From Octopus vulgaris (Eukaryota), in the NCBI GenBank assembly GCA_951406725.2, contig OX597829.1, forward strand, positions 43,958,001 to 44,022,000: a stretch of DNA of 64,000 nucleotides, given 5' to 3'. Both the position numbers and the translations under genes were made by a program. Position 1 is the first letter of the stretch. Each line of letters opens with the position of its first letter. Shown piece by piece: positions 55,330 to 64,000 of this stretch. The notes under the pieces are model-generated. The model did not search any database. It worked only from the letters and a program-made list of their open reading frames with translations, and had not been told where the DNA came from.

Positions 55330-57810
55330 AAGTGAAACAAGTCAATTAAGGAAAATTGTATTATGTTTATAGAGGGGAGACCGCAACGGAAAACAGTAGT
55401 GCAATGGAATTTCAAGTGAAAACTGATTTTGCCTCGACTTTCAACTAGTTTATTAAAACGAATTCTCATCATGGAAGATGCAGTAAGCGAAAGCTTGTTG
55501 GCATTATGGCCAGTCAATTGGTTGCGATATTTTGCTTTTTATTCCCACCAGTTTTCTGAAGAATGCTTCTCACACATATGTTGAACGAGATGCAGAGGCA
55601 TTTTTCTGTGCGTTAGCCATCAAGTTAGGATATTTTCCCTCTGAGATTTAATGCCAGAAGTCAAACTAGACTTGAATCTGGATGTCAGCTCCACATCTAA
55701 CAGCAAGTATGGGAGCTACATTTGAAATTCGTCAGGATCGGTGATCGCATCTGTCTCTGTATGAGCTGAAACTAATTTCATCAAGATCAAAGTATCCTTG
55801 TATCCTTGGTGTTTTCAAAACGGTATTCAAATTCATCCATCGAGTTGCTAACGATCTTGTATTTATTGTATGAACCGTTGTCGTTGTTCTCAGAAGGTGA
55901 GAGGAAATGGGTTGTAGTGCCATGAGTAATTTCTGTCTTCTAAAAGTGAGGCTTTGTAACGAAGGCAGACCCTATGCTTTATAATTGATGGCAGAACTTG
56001 TTCAGAACTTGCAGGGCGCGGTTCAAAATCGAAATGTGTGAGGAGATATCAACCAGGAAAGCCAAAATCAGCAATCCGTTTTGTGTTGCTAAGCTGAGGG
56101 AAGATTATCCTTTCTTCAGTAAAAATTTTGATTCTTGAAGAAATATGCTGCATCTACCGAGGCATATGGTAGGGCTTAACCCTTGAGCAGCAGTTTACAT
56201 GAGTTCGTGTCCATAATCAGAATCAATATTCGCCATAAACTGCCTGAAATTACGATAGCTCAGGGTTTTTGCACGATCAAATGTGCGATTGATTTGGCGG
56301 CCTCTGTCTATTGATTATTTTTAGCGACTCATTTTTCTGGTGTATAATATCACTGGAGTAAGGTTGTCCTCTGCTTGCCATCTGGCAATTAGTCTTTAAA
56401 TACCTTATTTCTGTTCAAGCATAGAAAGTCATCCAACCTAAAACAGCTTTGACGGACCCAAATTATGCTTGTTGAAGGCTTGCGCTAAATCCACAATATA
56501 TAACTGTCACTTCTGTTGAGCCATGAATGGAACGCAACGTAAGAAATTCTTCATTAATCTGGAAATCTTGCATGACTCCCCTGATGAACAGAGTTAGTTG
56601 TCCACATCCGTTATGTCTTTTGTGCTTCCAAGAACGAAAGTGTAGCAAACAAAAACCTACCACTTATTAAGAAGCTGGTCATGTTGGTTAATAGATAAGC
56701 ATTCAACTTGTCGAGTTACTGTGTCATTGCTGAGCTATATTTTCTTAGCGTTTTGTTGGACGCTGGAACATTCTTCATTGAACACGGCAACAGCCTATTT
56801 CATGATTTCGCCATGTGAATGCGGCTTCCTATGGCATGCCAGAAGGTGGCTAATCCTGTGTGACGTCATTGTTATGTCTTTAGAATCACATACATGTTTG
56901 AAGAAATTCATTTGTTTTGAGTGTGCTGACTTTAAAAATTCCAGCTTCCTTTTCCTTGATTCTCTTTGGAAGCTATGATATTCTGTAGGAAGAGTTTTAC
57001 AGTGTCTCTCAACATTAAAAACCTTCAAAGTTTTCATACCATTGGACAGAGAATGCAGTCTGTCTTGCCGTCTTCTTCAATCACAAAATATTTTACACAA
57101 AATATGCTTGAAACACAGCTATTTCTTTACTACCCACATGGGGCTAAACACAGAGGGGACAAACAAGGACAGACAAACGTTTGAAGTCGATTATATCTAC
57201 CCCAGTGCGTAACTGGTACATATTTAATCGACCCCGAAAGGATGAAAGTCAAAGTCGACCTCGGCGGAATTTGAACTCAGAACGTAACGGCAGACGAAAT
57301 ACGGCTACGCATTTCGCCCGGCGCGCTAACGTTTCTGCCAGCTCGCCGCCTTATGCTTGAAACACACCGCTCTCTTGCATCAGTGTACGAGCTTTCTTCG
57401 AATGTAGTTCCGCTAGGCGTTCATGAAAGAATGAACAATGGCTGACACCGTGCCTTCTTGCTTTACCAACACCGGTGATGGAAAGTCATAGCACGCGAAG
57501 ATCAATAAGGCTCATGTACTGTTGTGAATAACCGTTTCTTGCCAGTCTGTGCACCCGTGTGTATCTTAAAATATGTGCTAATATCGTCGCAAACTCAGGT
57601 TAGCAAAACTAATGCGATTTCATTTGAAGACAAACCCATGATATTTTTCAAAACAATTTAATTTTGGTACCAGTATTTCTGAATATGCATTAGGACTTTC
57701 TAAATTAGGAGTTTTTATTATATTATGTATTTGTTAAAAGGTTGAGAGCCGCCAGAAGGCCACATGAGGGCCACATACACCCCTATGAGCCGCAGCTGAG
57801 ACCAGCTAGT
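55330..57810 (-). pseudogene. Degenerate SPIN/Buster (GTF2IRD2-like) hAT transposon
   Basis: Minus-strand KTLKVFNVERHCKT...SHRISHLLACHRKPHSHGEIMK, LSNDTVTRQVE and GQLTLFIRGV...INEEFLTL; left boundary approximate. Confidence 0.75.
57118..57351 (-). mobile_element. SINE family B monomer with 15-bp TSD, nested in the hAT relic
   Basis: TATGCTTGAAACACA at 57103-57117 and 57352-57366. Confidence 0.92.
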
Positions 57811-58335
57811 GTAGGGTGTCCATCTAACTGAAAATCAAAAAAAATCTGATCGATGAAATATTTTCAAATGAAATATATAAAATCATAAAGTCTGGAGATA
57901 TGAAAAGCGAATATATATACATATATATATACATATATATCTGTTTGGCCATGTGATTTTCATACGATTGCGTCTTTTTCACAAAATTCGCCATCTTGCA
58001 TTAATTTCAGTATGGATGAAAATATGTGTACATGTATGCATTAATATAATATACTCAGAGAATAATACAATACAATTCTATATTCATAAATTAATGCACC
58101 TAAAGAAGGCTAGGTCATCAGATCACCGAAACATCATGATTCATCACAATAGCAATCAATTAACGTACTTAATTGATTTTGTTTACTTTTATTTACTACT
58201 ATGCCCTACCTTCCAAAGTATTCGCGTGTGTACGTGTTTCTGTATGTTTGAACGCATGTATGCGTATATATATGCGTATTGTGTGTATGTATGCATATGT
58301 GTTTGTATGAGTATGTGCGTACACATACACACACT

Positions 58336-58377
<42 letters not shown>

Positions 58378-58548
58378 CGCATATATACCTATATACATAT
58401 ATGTGTGTAGGTTTGTGTGTGCTTCACAACCCCACGTTTCAGGTACAGACCCACTGCATGACAACATGGATAGTTGTCTTCTACTATAGCCTTGGGCCGA
58501 CCAAGGCCTTGTGAGTGGATTTGGTAGAGAGAAGCTGAGAGAAACCGG

Positions 58549-58598
<50 letters not shown>

Positions 58599-58624
58599 GC
58601 ACACACACAAAACCACGCATACAC

Positions 58625-59565
58625 ACGCACACAGTGGGTTTTTGGTACCGATTCTGTTGACATTAGAACTGTTCAGAGATGGTTCCAAAGATTTCATTCA
58701 GGAAATGAAAGCCTTAAAAATGGATCAAGAGGGAGACCAAAATCAGTTATTCGGCATGATGGACAACGGTCCGAAAAATCGGATCAACGGTCTGAAATCC
58801 CAGAATAACGGTCCGAAAAATCTGATCATAGCTCCAGACACCTTCCACACCTGCTTCTCAACACTTGAAGAAAATTGGAAGAGTTCAAAAGATGGAAAGG
58901 TTTGTTCCCCACCAACTTAATTATTTTCAAAGAAACAGGCGCCTTACAGTATGTCCCATGATGATTTCTCCGTAGGAAAGAGAGCCATTTTTGTATCGAT
59001 TCATTACGTGTGATGAGGAATGGATATTCTTTGATAATAGCAGGAGGACAGGACAGTGGTTAGATGCAAGAGAGTCACCAAAACATTATCCCAATCCAAC
59101 ATTGTACCCTAAAAAGATGGTGGTCACTGTATGGCGGAAAACAAAGGGCGTTAATCATTATTCATTTTTGCAACGGGGGAAAAACTGTAAAAGCAACATC
59201 CTATTGTCAGGAAATTGATTGTATGCATGAAAACTTAAAAAAAAGAAGCAGCCCAGATTAATGAGGAGAGATGGCCCAATTTGGCTTCATGATTATGCAC
59301 AGCCTCACACTTCTCAAGCTACGGCCCACAAGTTGTAGTTCCTGAATTACGAAATTTTAGCACATTCTCTTTATTCTCTTGATATTTCTACTGGATATCA
59401 CATATTTAACCACTTTGAGATTACTATACGCAATATAACATTCTTAAATAATGAAGAGGTAATTGAAGCATTCGAACAGTTTATCAGTGTAAAAGATGAC
59501 AAATTCTTTGAAAATGGAATATATACCTTAGCGGATCATTGGATGAAGGTCATGAATGAACAAGG
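58625..59565 (+). pseudogene. Degenerate mariner transposase, same family as 22880-23348
   Basis: RFITCDEEWIFFDN..GQW..PKKMVVTVW and HDYAQPHTSQAT; DNA similarity with 22985-23250. Confidence 0.85.
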
Positions 59566-59691
59566 TAGTGCTCCAGCACGGCCGTTGTCAACTGACTGAT
59601 ATAAGTAAAAGAATTTTAAAAAAATACCTCTCTTCCACCTCTTATCTTCTTTTCTTTAACACACATTATTAGACATGCACGCACACACTTA

Positions 59692-59723
<32 letters not shown>

Positions 59724-59872
59724 ACACAACACACACACACACTCACACACACACACACACACACACCCATACCACGTATACACAGAAATTCACACCCATA
59801 CATAAATATGCATGCGCGACGTACTTTTGGTATTTAAAGAAACAAAAAAAATAGCAGAGAACCCCCCCCCAA

Positions 59873-59928
<56 letters not shown>

Positions 59929-60227
59929 AAAATAGCAAACAAGAAAAAAAAATATCATAAAGAAATACACACCCTAACAACCACACACACACACACAAAC
60001 AGATAAACAGTAGCAAATACCAAAAAAAAAAAAAAACAGCAAAATTCAAGATGAACTAGAAGAAACAATAAGATTTACACATGTTATTAAGCAGTAAAAT
60101 GGACGAATGCAAGACGCTGATGCCGTTAAAAACACACAGGGTATATCGTATGGCGGCCCAGCTAAAAGTTTCAAAAGACTATCTAAAGAAGAACCTGTCT
60201 TATTTTTGTCGGCTGGGCTCATCTTAC

Positions 60228-60297
60228 GTTTTCTCTTTTTGCCATCACAATCTATTAAAAGTGACAAGTTGAGATCTGTCTGAACAAACGATGCAAT
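60228..60297 (-). other. Candidate 70-bp exon, possibly containing a start codon (MAKREN, phase 0)
   Basis: Acceptor TTTTTATTTTCACTGTTCGTTTTAG|ATTG and donor AAAC|GTAAGA in an island of unique sequence; no homology recognised. Confidence 0.35.
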
Positions 60298-60330
60298 CTA
60301 AAACGAACAGTGAAAATAAAAACATGAAGA

Positions 60331-60364
<34 letters not shown>

Positions 60365-60683
60365 CCGTCATCAACATCATCATCATCGTCGTCGTCGTCG
60401 TCGTCGTCATCATCATCATCATCATCATCACCATCATCATCGTTATTGTCGTCGCCGTCCGTTGGTATTATCATTGTTGTTTCTTTTCTTTCGTTTTCTT
60501 TTTCTTTCTTTCTTTCTTTCTTTCTTTTTCTTCTCTTTTTTTTTTGCTTTTCTCTTCTGCTTTTGGTTCCACCGATTCCTTATGTATAAAACACAAACAA
60601 ACACACACACATTCACAGACTATGATAGAGAAATGTATCTATGTGAGCTTGTATGTGTATGCGTATGTGTGTGTGTATGCATG

Positions 60684-60768
<85 letters not shown>

Positions 60769-60769
60769 G

Positions 60770-60800
<31 letters not shown>

Positions 60801-61025
60801 GCGTGTGTGTGTGTGTTTGTGAATGTATGTATACATGTATGTAAGCATGTACGTATGTATTATGTATGTGTGTGTATGCGTGCATATGTATGAATACATG
60901 CTAGTGCGTGTATGTGTATCTATAAGTATATGTGTGTATATATGCATGCATGCCTGTATGTATATATATATATATATATATGTTTGTGAATGTATGCATG
61001 CATGTATGTAAGCATGTACGTATGT

Positions 61026-61077
<52 letters not shown>

Positions 61078-61189
61078 TGCGTGTATGTGCGTGTAGAGTT
61101 TGATAAAAGTGAAAGATGTTGGCGGGTGTACATTTTAGTCACGTTACTTCAAATTTGTTGTCGTTGTTAATATTATTTTTCATGCTAAT

Positions 61190-61550
61190 GCGGCGAGCTG
61201 GCAGAATCGTTAGCACGCCCAACAAAATACTTAGTGGTATTTCGTCTATACTTACGTTCTGAGTTCACATTCCTCCGAAGAGGTTATGCTCTTTCATCTT
61301 TTCAGGGTCGATGTAATCAACTTATATCCCGAAATTATTGACCCTGTGCCAAAATTAATAATATTTCATGAGATATGTTATCCGGAATTCTTTGACTGTT
61401 TCTTGATTTTCTTATTGGTCATTTTCAACGTCAGGCACAGATGGAATGCTTAATTTTTCTTTTATCCTTTCAGGATCGATGAAAAAAGTACCAATCACAC
61501 ACTGGTGTCGATGTGATCGATTAGCCCCTTTCACCAAAATTTCAGGTAGT
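61190..61550 (+). mobile_element. Old, diverged SINE family B copies
   Basis: GCGGCGAGCTGGCAGAATCGTTAGCACG...; a second core at ~61455-61545. Confidence 0.75.
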
Positions 61551-61557
61551 AATAGGA

Positions 61558-61617
<60 letters not shown>

Positions 61618-62171
61618 GAGTGAGAGAGCAGTTCGTGCCCTCAAGTGACACGGGTAAAATATACGAAGCTCAGTATACCCATCATGACTATCCGTCTGAT
61701 AAGGGTACACTAGGCATATGCATCACAACCATATTTGCGTGATATGGTGATCTCATATCAAGATAAACAGCACATGATTTGCAGGGTGGAGCCCAGTTAG
61801 AATTTTTCTTCTGGTCGAGTAACCCATCCCGCTCAAAAGGTTCCTGAATAAGGGTTGTTTAAGGATGTTGAATGAAACACCCATGTTTCCAGAGGTGGAT
61901 TTTTCAAGCCCCAAGGAATTCCTCTCAACACATGGCTATGATGCTCCTCCACTACTCCTGCTCGTGATCAGAGATGCACATATCGTCAGCCATTAAGGGA
62001 CATGCTCAGCTGGTTACGGTCAAACAACTGAGAAGCAAATTTGTAGTATTGAGCAGAATATTTTCTGTAGCCCATCTTTTATACCAAGACAAAACAATGT
62101 ACATGATAACACTTCCAATCAGTTAAGATCAGAAGCCATGGGAGCCACTGCCTGGTACTGCATCAGGGCAT
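61618..62171. mobile_element. 554-bp non-coding element embedded in (TTA)n
   Basis: Complex sequence sharply bounded by (ATT)n on both sides; terminal hairpin TGCCTGGTACTGCATCAGGGCA. Confidence 0.6.
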
Positions 62172-62731
62172 TTATTATTATTGTTGTTGTTGTTGTTGTT
62201 ACTATTATTATTATTATTATTATTATTATTCGACAAAAAAAAAGGATACAAATCACTGGTGTCAATTGTGACCCTGATGGAAGTGGATGTGATTGCACAA
62301 TAATAATAATTACAAAGAAATGCAAGCTATTTTGTGTAGCTTACTCCCATGTGGGTGATAAACCTCGAACTGGGTACTTATACGTGCATAACCCTGAGGG
62401 TTGTATGTATTTTAATATCTTATACTTGTGTTCTCTTTTCAACGTCTCCCGTTCATCTTTCATTTTGTTAATATTTTGTACGCTGAGGCCATGCTGGAGC
62501 ACCGCTTTTGGTCAAGCAAATCGACCCCCAGGACTTATTCTTTGTAAACCTAATACTTTTTCTATCGGTCTCTTTTGCCGAACCGCTAGATTACGGGAAC
62601 GTAAACACACCAGTATCAGTTGTCAACCAGGGTCTGGTTCAGTGCAGAACTTTACGTGAATCAGTACTGAAACAAGTTCACTAGTAGTTTCCTAGTGGCC
62701 AGAGCTGAGATGAAGCTAAGCGAAGCATGTA

Positions 62732-63298
62732 TTGGGCTGTCCGGAAAGTTCGTACCGATTTTTAAAGGAAAGAAAAAGGTCAATAAATACTTGCCATTAC
62801 ATTTTTAATCAACCAAATATGAACCATTTTGTTGCACAATGCCTCTCCATCTTTCCTTTAACTTGAAAATACCCTCTTCTCAGAATTGAGGTGGCTTCAT
62901 GGTAAATAATTCATCAAGGTATCTTTTTACGTCATCCAAGGAATTGAAATTTTTACCATTAAGACTATTCTGCAGAGGCGTGAATAAGTGGAAATCCGAA
63001 AGAGTAATATCTGGGGAATATGGAGGGTGGGGTAACATATCCCCGCCAAGCTGCAGCAATTTTTGTCTGGTTCCCAAAGCATCAAGTGCCGAAAATGAAC
63101 TTTCTTGTCTACCATTTTAAAGGGTTACAGAATTAACACAGGTTATAGGAAGATAAACCTTCTTCCACGAAAAAATAGCTTAAACTGTGCTCTAAATGGA
63201 GGTGTAGTCAAATCCTATTTCAATGGACTCAACCATGTTCTAAAATAAGTGGAAAGGTAAGCTACTATAAATCGGCACGAACTTTCCGGACAACCCAA
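62732..63298 (-). mobile_element. Internally deleted mariner with intact TIRs and TA TSD
   Basis: TA-TTGGGCTGTCCGGAAAGTTCGTACCGATTT / AAATCGGCACGAACTTTCCGGACAACCCAA-TA; ORF LPHPPYSPDITLSDFHLF. Confidence 0.92.
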
Positions 63299-63339
63299 TA
63301 TATATCGCCTCCGTCATATATTATACCCAGACTGTAAAC

Positions 63340-63795
63340 CAGCGAGCTGCCAAAATCGCTAAGTACGCCAGGAAAAACACTTAACAGTATTTCGTCTGTC
63401 TCCCCGTTCTGTGTTTCAATGCCGCCGAGGGCGAATTTGCTTCTCATCCTTTCGGGATCGATTAAATAAGTACCTATTTCTTTACTCCCCACAAGGGGCT
63501 AAACACAGAGAAGACAAACAAGAACAGACAAATGGATTAAGTCGATTATATCGACCCCACTGCGTAACTGGTATTTATTTAATCGACCCCGAAAGGATGA
63601 AAGGCAAAGTCGACCTCGGCGGAATTTGAACTCAGAACGTAGCGGCAGACGAAATACCGGTAGGCATTTTGCCCGGCGTGCTAACGTTTCTGCCAGCTCG
63701 CCGCCTTATGACGAAATAAGTAGCAGTCGTGCTCTGGGGCCGATGTAATCAACTTACCTCTTCTCAAAAATTGCTGGCCTTGGGCCAAAATTTGA
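63340..63795. mobile_element. Old plus-strand SINE family B interrupted by a young minus-strand family B copy (63475-63705)
   Basis: Host core is split at AAATAAGTACC (63464-63474) / AAATAAGTAGC (63714-63724). Confidence 0.85.
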
Positions 63796-64000
63796 AATCG
63801 ATTTGTTACCACTTCACTGACGTTGCCCTATTTGTTATTTTACTCGTGGAAGATTCAGGAGCCCTTGTTAGAAGATGCAGTTGCTACGAAAACTCAGTGC
63901 ACAAAGGATCGGAATGTAGTCAATCAGCCATAATGGTTTACGAATTGGGTAATGCAGTGGCGTGGCAAATCTGCCTGTTTGTCAATACTCAGAGCATCGC

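Overview
Eukaryotic, AT-rich, extremely repeat-dense DNA that is intergenic or intronic. The SINE families and microsatellite load point to an octopod cephalopod (Octopus-like); this is my inference from recognising the repeats, not a database result. I see no intact protein-coding gene: almost all ORFs in the track are microsatellite artefacts, and the real coding signals are decayed transposon relics (four mariner copies, a DD37D/maT-like Tc1-mariner, a SPIN/Buster-type hAT, a Penelope GIY-YIG domain, two R4/Dong-type RLE LINE copies, an RTE 3' end, an L1/Tx1-type endonuclease fragment). One 70-bp minus-strand exon candidate lies at 60228-60297. Most notable observations: (1) a tRNA-derived SINE that forms tandem ~184-bp multimers with an identical junction at three loci and whose 3' end repeatedly abuts GGTA, suggesting self-targeting or rolling-circle copying; (2) an R4/Dong LINE embedded in (CATA)n with three ~105-bp 3'-UTR-like short copies in the same microsatellite, plus a 554-bp element embedded in (TTA)n; (3) several hammerhead-ribozyme-like motifs and one HDV-like pseudoknot candidate; (4) a 793-bp foldback element with an 8-bp TSD that carries TTAGGG repeats; (5) a tRNA-like core enclosed by inverted repeats. 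No CRISPR array, rRNA or intact tRNA was found. Boundaries of decayed elements are approximate.
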